In this document: in pieces, positions 40,913 to 49,914 of the stretch
Numbering within the stretch: position 1 is the first letter of the stretch
Layout: each line of letters begins with the position of its first letter
DNA from: a virus
Taxonomy: Duplodnaviria; Caudoviricetes
Length of the DNA stretch: 64,000 bases
IMG/VR virus record: IMGVR_UViG_3300000203_000004
Span: 1 to 64,000 of that record
Direction: 5' to 3' (one strand)
Notes under the pieces: model-generated
What the model was told of the DNA's origin: nothing
Databases searched by the model: none
What the model saw: the letters and a program-made list of their open reading frames with translations, nothing else
Program-made: the position numbers and the translations under genes

Positions 40913-42379
40913 TCAGGTATTAATCGTTAACGCCGCTAGCAATCTTTGTTTATAGGCGTTCATGTATGCAATCCTCCTCGGAGCTATATCCAACGGAGTC
41001 TTGACGGTAATAGTATCTCTTGGAGTAAATCCAAAATTACCTAACATCATCAAACGAAAATTACTCGCGGCGTCACTATATGGTAATGCACTAAGGGTGA
41101 GTTGGCGCGCCAGCGCGCTGGCGGTGGCAGCAGTGAAGTATTCATTCTTCCAGCCATGCTCATCAAACGTGTAGCCATATTTATCGGCATTTTTAGAGAA
41201 CTCCGATTGCCAAGTCTTGGCGTTACGATCAATACCCAAACCAGTAAATTGGGCGCGGTGCAACGGACAGTTGTCATTAAGAATCCACTGAGTCCAATTC
41301 GCCACAGTATCTGGCGTTTCGTGCGGCAGACCCACAATGAAGCCGGCTGTCATCGAAACTTCGTCTTTCCATATATCTTCGCGGAGCCAGTGGATAGTCT
41401 CCTTTATCTTGTCCGGATGAATGCCCTTGCCGATGGCTTTAGCAGACTCATAGTTTAGTGATTCAACTCCGAAAAAGGTAGCCCGCAGTCCAGATTCACG
41501 CATCATTTTTGCAGTCTCTTTATGAGCATATAATAAATCAATCCGCAGATAAGTAGAGTATTCTATTTCAAACGGCAGAGTAGTAACTATACGATGCATC
41601 ATCTGTAGCTTTTCTACGGAATCATTATGGGTGTCGTCTGCGTAGATGTACCGAGTAATACCATAGTCATTGTAATTCCGTATAAATTCCTCGCGCAGCG
41701 TGTTTTCATCCTTGACGAAATCTAATTTCTTTTTCCCGTTCAACGGGTAAGAACAGAAGTGGCACTTGAAAATGCATCCTCTGGAAATCTCAATAGGTAC
41801 CGTCTCGTTGAATTGCAGATGATCGGACTGGTGCCACTCTAATGAACTTGTGGTGAACTCAAACTTTCCAGTAAAGTCTGCCCCATAGATTTCAATCTGA
41901 TGATCATTGATATTGTTATATTGAAAAAACGGATTCTTTCCTTGGAGGAAAGCCAGGTATTCTACTATTGCCTGATCACTATAGCCATGCACAAAGACAT
42001 CAGCCTCTGCTTGAATGAACTCTGCCTTTGCCCCACCGAAGACAATCTTGACCTTAGGATTGATTGATTTTATTCGCATAAACCAACCATGCATAGTTAT
42101 ATCGTTTAGTGGATATGCCGGGGTAAATTTACTAGGCGACATTGGCTCTCGGTTTTGGAAGAATGTCGAGGAGAAACCTACAATAAGAGTATTAGCCCCT
42201 ATTGTAGAATCAATGATGTGTTCAATCTCTGACTGTGAGAACTTAGTAAAAAAGTCTACAACCTGACAGGAGTGACCTGCTTTTCTGATAGCTGACGCAA
42301 TAACATACGCGCCCGCTGATCTGCCATAATTAACATTTGGGGCAGAGATTTCAGTAAAAAGCAGGACATCAACACTCAT
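40913..42379 (-). CDS. B12-binding-like radical SAM protein (paralogue of 31195-32697)
   Basis: RGCIFKCHFC; DDTHND; FGVES. Confidence 0.88.
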   Translation of the reverse strand: MSVDVLLFTEISAPNVNYGRSAGAYVIASAIRKAGHSCQVVDFFTKFSQSEIEHIIDSTIGANTLIVGFSSTFFQNREPMSPSKFTPAYPLNDITMHGWFMRIKSINPKVKIVFGGAKAEFIQAEADVFVHGYSDQAIVEYLAFLQGKNPFFQYNNINDHQIEIYGADFTGKFEFTTSSLEWHQSDHLQFNETVPIEISRGCIFKCHFCSYPLNGKKKLDFVKDENTLREEFIRNYNDYGITRYIYADDTHNDSVEKLQMMHRIVTTLPFEIEYSTYLRIDLLYAHKETAKMMRESGLRATFFGVESLNYESAKAIGKGIHPDKIKETIHWLREDIWKDEVSMTAGFIVGLPHETPDTVANWTQWILNDNCPLHRAQFTGLGIDRNAKTWQSEFSKNADKYGYTFDEHGWKNEYFTAATASALARQLTLSALPYSDAASNFRLMMLGNFGFTPRDTITVKTPLDIAPRRIAYMNAYKQRLLAALTINT

Positions 42380-42627
42380 TTATCATTATTGCTCGGCATG
42401 CCGAGCAAACGCATATTCAAAACGAAGTTCTCAACCGTGAGTTTGACCATAGTTGCCAGAGTAAGTAGTTCTCGTTGTTCCGGATCCGACACCCTATAAT
42501 TCTCAAGGACTCCGGCAGCAAGAAGTAGGTAAGCATCATGTTCAATTATACTTAACATTCCCCAATCAATTGGGTCACCCAATTCGATCTCCTCTGCTAT
42601 TTCTACTAGATTTTCAACTGTTATCAT
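42376..42627 (-). CDS. hypothetical protein
   Basis: MITVENL...DPIDWG.L. Confidence 0.55.
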   Translation of the reverse strand: MITVENLVEIAEEIELGDPIDWGMLSIIEHDAYLLLAAGVLENYRVSDPEQRELLTLATMVKLTVENFVLNMRLLGMPSNNDK

Positions 42628-42792
42628 TTGTCTCTTCCTTCTCCTCCTCAACAGGGTTGACAACAGGGTTGTCATCAGGACTATTGTCCTTATGGGTGTT
42701 GAAGATTGCATCCCATCGATTTGCGTAATCGTCATCGGACACTTGCCTTGGTCTTTGTGTGCTGCCTTTACTCATATATGTATTTAGTTAGT

Positions 42793-44154
42793 TTAGTTTT
42801 TCTTTTTGTAACCGTATGTCATCAAAAAGGGTTCGTATTCCGGTGCGTACTCCAGGATAGAATTTCCGCGAAGGGACTCAAATCCATTTAAGAACGTTAC
42901 CAAATCGCGTCTACATTTTTCACTGTCAGACGGTAACGTCATATTAGTTAAAAAATCAATATATGAAAACGCAACAGACGCTATCACCTGGCGTATCAAG
43001 CCGGAATTTCGCGTATCTACTACTGCGCTGCGCGACAGTGAATTCAGTTCTATCACCTTTTCTAGTTTTGATATAGCTATCAATCGTAGGTCTTCCGGAA
43101 TAAGTTCCATTCGCAGGCATGCAGGATTATACAAGATATCACAACTCTCACCTGTTATGTTATTATCGCACATATATTGGATGATTTCATCCATATAGAA
43201 AATACTAAAAATGTTAGGCGTTATACGAAGTGATAGGTGAATCTTATCAGGATTACCGTTTCGTAGTTCTAAAAATTTACCAAGCGTGTCAAGTACTCCG
43301 GCGATCTTAGCAGGATATCTGATGTAGTCGTTGAGCGGGTTTACTGACTCTATGCTCAGACCTATGTGGAAGCTAGAAAACTGCGTGACTATATTTTCTA
43401 ATCGTTCAGAGTAGAGCGTGAGATTTGTTGTGGTGCCAAGGAAAATCTTCTCCGATAAGCCGGCGGCGATCAATGCATCACAAATCGTGTAGAAGCTTTC
43501 TAGGTATAGGGTCTCTCCGCCCAATAAGTGAATGTAATCAATACTAGGGAACTTTATCAACTCCTGAATAAATCGGTCAAGTAGTACTGGATCATCTGAC
43601 CAACAATTTATTTTCGGCCCCTGCTTAAACAGGGCTGGCGATATCGTTGACAGCTTTGTATAGTCTGAATATAATCTTGAACTTAAATCCGGATAGCACA
43701 TTATACATGCACCGTTGCAAGTATTACCTAGATCAATTTGAAGATCAAACGGGTGACCATTAGATTCTCCGTTATTTTCTTCGCTATACTTAAATAGATC
43801 ATAATGAAGGCTATCAGTAAAGGTTTCGTCAAATGATTCCTCACTGTCGAGCTTACTGCGATATAATTGCTTCTTTCGGCCGCTAGTCTTACCGAATGAA
43901 TCTTCGTAGTGACATTTTGCACACGCCGGCAATTTTTTATCAGTTAACAAACTAGTACGCACTAACTTCATCTGATCTGAGTTGAAATACTCCATCAACC
44001 CAGTCGTCTTAAAATTCAAATCAGAATATGTACTAAATTTTGGATTTATGTAATGGCCGGAATTCATCCACCGACACGGGATAAATTGTCCTGATGCGTT
44101 TAACCGAATGTGAAGCCATGGGCTTGAACAAAATAATTTTTTATCGGGCATCAT
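42793..44154 (-). CDS. radical SAM protein with N-terminal twitch/SPASM-like domain
   Basis: FC..PW...PC; C..C; CNGACIMC; GGE. Confidence 0.88.
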   Translation of the reverse strand: MMPDKKLFCSSPWLHIRLNASGQFIPCRWMNSGHYINPKFSTYSDLNFKTTGLMEYFNSDQMKLVRTSLLTDKKLPACAKCHYEDSFGKTSGRKKQLYRSKLDSEESFDETFTDSLHYDLFKYSEENNGESNGHPFDLQIDLGNTCNGACIMCYPDLSSRLYSDYTKLSTISPALFKQGPKINCWSDDPVLLDRFIQELIKFPSIDYIHLLGGETLYLESFYTICDALIAAGLSEKIFLGTTTNLTLYSERLENIVTQFSSFHIGLSIESVNPLNDYIRYPAKIAGVLDTLGKFLELRNGNPDKIHLSLRITPNIFSIFYMDEIIQYMCDNNITGESCDILYNPACLRMELIPEDLRLIAISKLEKVIELNSLSRSAVVDTRNSGLIRQVIASVAFSYIDFLTNMTLPSDSEKCRRDLVTFLNGFESLRGNSILEYAPEYEPFLMTYGYKKKN

Positions 44155-44164
44155 ATATTTAGCA

Positions 44165-45280
44165 CTATGGAATAATCTCTACATAATCATAGATAGGCGC
44201 CGAGGTGACAAATAACTGGTCCTCTGCTGAAAGATTGCTAAACCAGTTAACTGGATTACCTTCTGCCATCTTCTTCCCTATATACTTTACTAGTTCACAT
44301 ACGGGGTCAACACATCCTATCCGATATGCCTCATCTTTCATAACATATGCGATGTGTAAATTTTTCATGCAATTACCGCGGCACCAGTCTTTAGCTTCAC
44401 ATGTATGACACGGCATATCAGGATGCATCTGCAATGGATTCCTACTCAGACGATTTTCCTTGACAGACCCGTGTTCCATTTCTTCAAGCGTAGTCATATC
44501 CGGACAACCAAAGATTCTGCCATCCGGACGTATATTAAGTAGGTTAGTCGATACCCTACACTGAGTTTGGCCGGCGCACTGAGAGGCCGCCGCACCCGGT
44601 ACTGCTAAGTTTCTGGCAATGCCCATCAATGGGACAAATTTGTAAACTCCGTCGTATGAGTAGAATTTATCCACCATCTTATCGATGATGATTTTCTTCT
44701 GAAAGATATCCTCAGCGGAATACCCGCTAGTGGACTGAGCGAACTGAAAATGAACCTGATCAAAGCTATCCAGTAATGCATCCATTTCTTCAAATGTAGT
44801 TTTTGGATCGCACCAGGTCATTCTGGCAGTGAGCATGCCATTGGCATAAGGTCTGATGTGTTCTACATTTTTCATCACTCGGGCAAACACATCTTTTCCA
44901 CGAAATGAATTTGTAATCTCCTCGCCGCCGTCTAGTGAGATAAGAAAACTTGAGATGCGAGAAATAAGTTCATGCGGGACAGTATCAAGCAACGTACCAT
45001 TAGTCTGGAACTGAAATTTAGAAGCAGGAAATCGTGTCATCACACTTTCGATGAAGGGTTGGTTCAATAATGGTTCTCCACCAAAGAAAGTAAAATACAC
45101 TTCCTTATCGGATAGATGTGTATTGATAAATCTTTCTAATTCATCAATAGAATAAGATGTGTTTCGTTGCGAACCTAGTGCATCAGAGACAGCACAATAA
45201 GAACAACGAAGATTGCATTTTAATGTGGTAAAAAGCTGTATCTCAACTTTTTCACCGCGGATAGCAGATAAATTTTTCAT
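44165..45280 (-). CDS. radical SAM/SPASM protein
   Basis: CNLRCSYC; FFGGEPLL; C-terminal CxxC...C.G.C; true start 45280 (upstream extension overlaps tRNA). Confidence 0.88.
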   Translation of the reverse strand: MKNLSAIRGEKVEIQLFTTLKCNLRCSYCAVSDALGSQRNTSYSIDELERFINTHLSDKEVYFTFFGGEPLLNQPFIESVMTRFPASKFQFQTNGTLLDTVPHELISRISSFLISLDGGEEITNSFRGKDVFARVMKNVEHIRPYANGMLTARMTWCDPKTTFEEMDALLDSFDQVHFQFAQSTSGYSAEDIFQKKIIIDKMVDKFYSYDGVYKFVPLMGIARNLAVPGAAASQCAGQTQCRVSTNLLNIRPDGRIFGCPDMTTLEEMEHGSVKENRLSRNPLQMHPDMPCHTCEAKDWCRGNCMKNLHIAYVMKDEAYRIGCVDPVCELVKYIGKKMAEGNPVNWFSNLSAEDQLFVTSAPIYDYVEIIP

Positions 45281-45335
45281 ATTGCCAGTATACTCTTTGT
45301 TGAAGTGATTTACAACAATAAAGGGAAACTGAACG

Positions 45336-45421
45336 TGGCGGAAGGCTGAGGAATCGAACCCCAGCCTGTTAAGACCCATCTGCTTTCGAAACAGCGCCAG
45401 GCCCAGCCTGGATAACCTTCC
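45336..45421 (-). tRNA. tRNA-Ser(CGA)
   Basis: Cloverleaf, long V-arm, GCCA end. Confidence 0.85.
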
Positions 45422-45490
45422 GTGATATCGGTGGTAGGACGCCTTCCGTCTCATGAAAACGGAAGTGGTCTAGACTCCGCCTACCGTAAC

Positions 45491-45530
45491 TGGCAGCGAG
45501 TAAGAGATTCGAACTCTTGTGCCCCTTTCG
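45491..45530 (-). pseudogene. tRNA 3'-half remnant
   Basis: Only V-arm tip, T-arm GTTCGAATC and ...GCCA remain. Confidence 0.55.
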
Positions 45531-45533
45531 TTT

Positions 45534-45623
45534 TGGCAGAGGATAACGGAATCGAACCGTCGCCTGTTCATCACAAGCGGAACACCTTTCCAAGATGCCT
45601 AGTGACCATCACTTCTATCCTCT
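45534..45623 (-). tRNA. tRNA-Ser(GGA)
   Basis: Loop TTGGAAA, long V-arm, GCCA. Confidence 0.85.
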
Positions 45624-46243
45624 TCGTATAACTTTATAAAGTCTTTCCCGTACTTCTCTACAACATGTTCTATGATAGGAGTCATTTTATCCTTATCATA
45701 GACTGTGATGTTGTGCGGGAACTGATCAATCTTTGCACGGACTAGTTCAGTCATGTATCCTTTGACCTCTACATATTCGCCGGACGCAAGTAAAAAATCC
45801 GGTATATAGTTTTTTGATATTCCGTTGTATGAATATCTAAACTTCTCATTATTTCTTGTAAAGATAGTGCCACACTCAAGATGATAGATGATCCATGCTA
45901 ACTCCCATGAGGAATCGCACCAATACCCCTTATACCATCCCTTTTTACCGCGACCACCAGAGGGGATATATCCGCCTAGGTTTTGTTTTTTCGCAGAAAT
46001 ACGCAACTTCTCTCTTGTACTGGCATTGACTATATGACCAAATAATGCTACGGAATTATTCATAACCCGTTGATCAGTTTCTTTGGTTAGCCCCTTGTTC
46101 CACGCAGCCGGCGATTGTTTAGTGCGCCTGCCTGCATTAGCCTTCCTAGTTTGAGCCTTGCCTTCGGCAGTATGAGCCATACGCTTATGGTTGCTTATCC
46201 CTGCCTCTTTGACTTCCTTGTTACATATTTCACATCTTATCAT
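45599..46243 (-). CDS. PD-(D/E)xK-type homing endonuclease
   Basis: DSSWE...YIPDF...EVKGY; AWNKGLTKETD. Confidence 0.75.
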   Translation of the reverse strand: MIRCEICNKEVKEAGISNHKRMAHTAEGKAQTRKANAGRRTKQSPAAWNKGLTKETDQRVMNNSVALFGHIVNASTREKLRISAKKQNLGGYIPSGGRGKKGWYKGYWCDSSWELAWIIYHLECGTIFTRNNEKFRYSYNGISKNYIPDFLLASGEYVEVKGYMTELVRAKIDQFPHNITVYDKDKMTPIIEHVVEKYGKDFIKLYEEDRSDGH

Positions 46244-46310
46244 AAAGTACCTCTATACTTTATTTATCTTTTTGAATCAAGATGCGCCAATAGACCACTC
46301 TGGCAACTCG

Positions 46311-46649
46311 CTATTTCATGTATTTTAGATGACCTTTCATTGCTGCCGCGCATGGGAATTTCTCACCTTTCCTAAATTTTTTGTTATTTAATGTGAACGA
46401 CTTTAACACACGGTCACCATTCCACCATGATCGTTGAATTTCAATGTAACCAGTTGATTTAAGTTGCTCACGCAATTTAACGAACTCCGGGTGATCTTCC
46501 GATCGTGTTGAGTAACAACGATCTTCACCTTTGATGATTTTGAATAGTTGTTCTGGAGTCAGATCATCTGGAGCAATGTTGTCATACATTCCACATTCTT
46601 CCTTCACGACAACTGAGGTCATAAAATTTTCATTAATCTCAACTTTCAT
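46311..46649 (-). CDS. hypothetical protein
   Basis: SD TAGGAG; DHPEF..LR..L...GYI..R.WWNGD. Confidence 0.65.
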   Translation of the reverse strand: MKVEINENFMTSVVVKEECGMYDNIAPDDLTPEQLFKIIKGEDRCYSTRSEDHPEFVKLREQLKSTGYIEIQRSWWNGDRVLKSFTLNNKKFRKGEKFPCAAAMKGHLKYMK

Positions 46650-46660
46650 GTTTGCTCCTA

Positions 46661-46788
46661 AATCATATTGAAACACACTCTCGATTTCGTATATCTTTTC
46701 ACCGCGCTGGTTAAGCTGCTTCGTCGTGTAGTTCAGGCTACCAACCTCTGAGACTAACGACCAATGATGAATATGTTTCAATATGATT
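46661..46788 (-). ncRNA. long-terminal-helix RNA, family 2, copy 1
   Basis: AATCATATTGAAACATA / TGTGTTTCAATATGATT inverted repeat. Confidence 0.5.
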
Positions 46789-47116
46789 TCAACACCCTGT
46801 AGCCGGGATTCTGTCGAGACCTAACATTAATCTACAGAAATATTATCCAACTTGCTCACACAGCCCGAGGGTCAATGCGCTTAGTTCTTCGATACTTCTG
46901 TCCTCGTCACCTTTCAAAGTAAGTCATAGGTGCCACAACCCGAACCAATAGGGCAAGTGTTCCCTGGTCCTGTTTGTGTTGCTTGTTATGTCTTGGTAGT
47001 TTGACGAAATACCAAAGTAAATTTTTACATAATACCAAAGTAAATTTCTCCTACTCGCACTTGCCACAAGTCCCGAACTTCCTCTGGCTTGCACCAGCGT
47101 TAGGTCGGATGTTGAA
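46788..47116 (-). ncRNA. rnpB: RNase P RNA
   Basis: P1 TTCAACATCC/GGGTGTTGAA; CR-I GAGGAAGTTCGGGAC; CR-V ACAGAATCCCGGCTAC. Confidence 0.85.
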
Positions 47117-47254
47117 TACCATAGTTAAGCATTTTAATATTCCTCTATACTGGCATACAGAGTTTTCGCAGCCTGCCAGGGCCACCGATAATTCTGTCGC
47201 TCAGGCAAATTATGGCTACATTGCGACAAGAAAGACCGTCAAAATACTTAACTA

Positions 47255-47328
47255 TGGTAGGGCCGGAGAGAATCGAACTCTCATAGACCGGTTAAAAGCC
47301 GGATATTCTACCTTTGAATTACAACCCC
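47255..47328 (-). tRNA. tRNA-Lys(TTT)
   Basis: Loop CTTTTAA, ACCA. Confidence 0.9.
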
Positions 47329-47440
47329 ATAATCTGTTGATTGTCTTTTTCGTGCCAATAACAGATCACAGGGTTCTATTATCGACACTATAGTTTACGG
47401 GTTTTTCGTTTCATATAGTCTCTCTTTCTTTAGTTAAAAT

Positions 47441-47555
47441 AACAGGATTCATTTTTTATTGACCGCTGTGCTACCGATACACTACGCACCCTAAGGTGGC
47501 CGGGAGTCGAACCCGATCGCGCGGTTTGGAATTTTAAAATGCTGTTAGGATCCTA
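47441..47555 (-). ncRNA. CAGCA-helix RNA copy 5: YrlA-like Y RNA with permuted tRNA body
   Basis: Closing helix + ACAGCA, then T-arm CGGGTTCGACTCCCG, loop-closed acceptor CACC-TTAG-GGTG, D-arm TAGTGTATCGGTAGCAC. Confidence 0.8.
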
Positions 47556-47653
47556 AATCTAATAGTGGATAAGCATGATCAAACCTGCTACTTACCCTTC
47601 AGACACCTTACCTTGATGCGTGGCGTTGTGATCAACCCGGTGTCTTACTAAAC

Positions 47654-47745
47654 TGGTACGAGCGGAGAGGATCGAACTCTCTCAAGAACCCTAATCTGGG
47701 GCTAAAAGGCTTATAAGACCTCTCTGACTGCCAAGTCTCGCTCGC
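47654..47745 (-). tRNA. non-canonical tRNA, anticodon TAT (Ile-UAU), long V-arm
   Basis: 7-bp acceptor, 4-nt D-loop, loop CTTATAA, V-arm AGCCC/GGGTT, ACCA. Confidence 0.75.
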
Positions 47746-47750
47746 AATAT

Positions 47751-47814
47751 AACAGGATGCACATTTGGTTTTTTTGAATAATAAAAAATTTTGTAATTTG
47801 CAGCAGGCATCCTA
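47751..47814 (-). ncRNA. CAGCA-helix RNA copy 6 (loop ATTATTC)
   Basis: AGGATGC-CTGCTGCAA...GCATCCTGTT. Confidence 0.7.
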
Positions 47815-47822
47815 AATTCTGA

Positions 47823-48020
47823 TTAAACTGTTGGCTCTACAGCCACAACCGCAGCACCAAATTGCTTACGCGGTTCAGCTTTGATCTTCACTTCGCTCTG
47901 AAGCTGGGCTTGGATCATCATCGCCTTAAACGCTGCACGAGTATCTGTGTCCTTGAACGGCAGAATGGCAAGCATTGTCTTGTTGCGCTTTGTCAGCTTG
48001 AAAGTTTTTGAGGGTTTCAT
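47823..48020 (-). CDS. small basic hypothetical protein
   Basis: SD AAAGGAAA; MKPSKTFKL. Confidence 0.65.
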   Translation of the reverse strand: MKPSKTFKLTKRNKTMLAILPFKDTDTRAAFKAMMIQAQLQSEVKIKAEPRKQFGAAVVAVEPTV

Positions 48021-48044
48021 TTGTTTCCTTTGTTAAATGATCTT

Positions 48045-48132
48045 TGGCGGAGTATGTAGGAATCGAACCTACTCGCCCATTTCTGGACGATTGATTAGCA
48101 ATCAATTGCCTTAACCGGTCGGCCAATACTCC
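48045..48132 (-). tRNA. tRNA-Ser(GCT)
   Basis: Loop TTGCTAA, long V-arm. Confidence 0.9.
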
Positions 48133-48139
48133 ATATTCT

Positions 48140-48214
48140 TGGTACATCGTGACAGTTTCGAACTGCCGACCCGCTGCGTGTAAAGCAGCCGCTCTACCCC
48201 TGAGCTAACGATGC
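48140..48214 (-). tRNA. tRNA-Val(TAC)
   Basis: Loop TTTACAC. Confidence 0.9.
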
Positions 48215-48219
48215 ATATC

Positions 48220-48296
48220 TGGTGCGCCAGGTGGGACTCGAACCCACAGAACTCGGATTTTAAGTCCGATACCTATACCAATTCGGTTACAAGCGC
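48220..48296 (-). tRNA. tRNA-Leu(TAA), short V-loop
   Basis: Loop CTTAAAA. Confidence 0.88.
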
Positions 48297-48342
48297 ATTA
48301 TTCTCTAATTCTACTACATTTTATTGTTGTAGTCAACAATTT

Positions 48343-48418
48343 TGGAGCGGGTAGCCGGTATCGAGCCGGTCTACTTCAGTTTGGAAGACTAATGTGTATC
48401 CATAAACACCTTACCCGC
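48343..48418 (-). tRNA. tRNA-Gly(TCC)
   Basis: Loop CTTCCAA, TCCA. Confidence 0.88.
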
Positions 48419-48492
48419 ATTGAATTCTAACCACACTACTTATCTCATTATACGCCGTGTGCTATGGCGAGTTTCTTTTTGTTATTTATTCT

Positions 48493-48567
48493 TGGTTCGG
48501 AGAGTCGGTCACGATCCGACACCGTAGGCATTATGAGTACCCCGTACATCCATTATACTATCTCCGA
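48493..48567 (-). tRNA. tRNA-Met/Ile2(CAT)
   Basis: Loop CTCATAA. Confidence 0.82.
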
Positions 48568-48573
48568 ATATAT

Positions 48574-48636
48574 AACAGGATGCACATTGGTTTCATTTAT
48601 ACAGTGAAATTTTTGTGATTTGCAGTAGGCATCCTA
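48574..48636 (-). ncRNA. CAGCA-helix RNA copy 7 (TTTCA-CTGTATAAA-TGAAA)
   Basis: AGGATGC-CTACTGCAA...GCATCCTGTT. Confidence 0.7.
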
Positions 48637-48643
48637 AATTGAA

Positions 48644-48858
48644 TTTGTAAGTTGTTCCACCACGTTATAGGAACCATTCACCCGAATTAACTAGTCCGGA
48701 CGGGTTTCGGTAAGTTACTTGGGATCTATCCAGATTATACACTCTTGTATCCCGGTCCCACTCAAGCGACCAGTCGGGCATTGCACCCGCATCCTTTTAC
48801 TGTTTTAGTTGTTCGAACAAACCTAGACAGCGTGACTTCTCTTGCTAACACTTACAAA
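48644..48858 (-). ncRNA. candidate ~215-nt structured RNA
   Basis: Ends pair TTTGTAAGT/ACTTACAAA; multiple GC hairpins; no ORF. Confidence 0.55.
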
Positions 48859-49043
48859 ACTGGACGAGGCTGCTGTCTCTCAACAGCATTATTTAACGCC
48901 TCGATAATTTGGCGTCGGTTATGCGAGTAGTGAGGGGTCATATCTCACGCTTGCCACAAGGTCATTTAAGACCAGCATATACTCAACCGACATATCTTGG
49001 TGGAGGTAAAGATAAACCTTGCGGCGCTTTCGGCTTTAATCAT

Positions 49044-49619
49044 CTATGCCCCCGTATCTTGGTTCTCCGGGGATTTATCCCTCTGAAGGATTTTATTTCT
49101 TCTCTTATAAATAGCAGCATTTGATATTCCGAACATTTTTTCTAATTCTGAAATACCGTGCTTACTCATTAGGTCTATCAAATCTACTTTATCCCAGTCA
49201 ACTTTGCGTCGATTAGTAGTAGCGCATTTGGGAGAACAAAAACTATTTGTAATAGGCTTATCACTACCACAAACAGGACATGAATCATATTCTTGAATTT
49301 TTCTGAATGAATTGAAGTTCTCATCGAACTTTTTGTATTCAGTAGGTAATTTCCGCAAACCTGCATGAATCTCACTGTGGCAGTTGTTACATACTAAAAT
49401 ACATTTTTTAAGTTCCTCAATAATCGAGGGCCATTTTTTAGGATTTGCCCGTATTGATCCAAATGCAAGTTCTTTATGGGCCGGGTCAATGTGATGGAAC
49501 GCTAATGCTTCTTTGCAGGCGTGATATCCACAACACTGACATTGGCCGCCCATTGCCTCAACCATTCTTTCTTTAGCGCGATGGCGCCATGCTTTTACTC
49601 TTTTGCTTGATACTGACAT
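49044..49619 (-). CDS. HNH endonuclease
   Basis: CQCCGY...FHHIDP..K...KCILVCNNCHSEIH. Confidence 0.85.
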   Translation of the reverse strand: MSVSSKRVKAWRHRAKERMVEAMGGQCQCCGYHACKEALAFHHIDPAHKELAFGSIRANPKKWPSIIEELKKCILVCNNCHSEIHAGLRKLPTEYKKFDENFNSFRKIQEYDSCPVCGSDKPITNSFCSPKCATTNRRKVDWDKVDLIDLMSKHGISELEKMFGISNAAIYKRRNKILQRDKSPENQDTGA

Positions 49620-49676
49620 ATTATAACCTCTAACCTTCGCATATATTTATGCCTAGTAGCGGTTATAGTTATAATT

Positions 49677-49755
49677 TGGCTCCGTATCTGGGTAACGATC
49701 CCAGCTAGTCATTGATTAACAGTCAAGTCCGTGCACCATGCTCGAATTCTACGGA
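49677..49755 (-). tRNA. tRNA-Asn(GTT)
   Basis: Loop CTGTTAA. Confidence 0.85.
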
Positions 49756-49763
49756 ATAAAACT

Positions 49764-49840
49764 TGGTGCCCCAGAGGAGACTCGAACTCCTAAAATACGG
49801 CTTCTAAGACCGGCATGTATACCAATTCCATCACCGGGGC
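49764..49840 (-). tRNA. tRNA-Leu(TAG), short V-loop
   Basis: Loop CTTAGAA. Confidence 0.88.
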
Positions 49841-49846
49841 AAATAA

Positions 49847-49910
49847 ATCAGGATGCTTTTTCTTTTCAAAGATAATGGTTTTGAAATTTAAGTTTGCTGG
49901 AAGCATCCTA
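49847..49910 (-). ncRNA. CAGCA-helix RNA copy 8
   Basis: AGGATGCTT-CCAGCAA...TTTCAAA-ACCATTATC-TTTGAAA...AAGCATCCTG. Confidence 0.7.
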
Positions 49911-49914
49911 TGTT

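Noticed and set aside
45281-45454. N-terminal extension of the radical SAM/SPASM ORF
   Set aside because: Overlaps tRNA-Ser(CGA); the true start is more likely 45280
49060-49080. tRNA gene at the end of the HNH ORF (...CCCCGGAGAACCA)
   Set aside because: Only a possible 3' remnant; no D or anticodon arm
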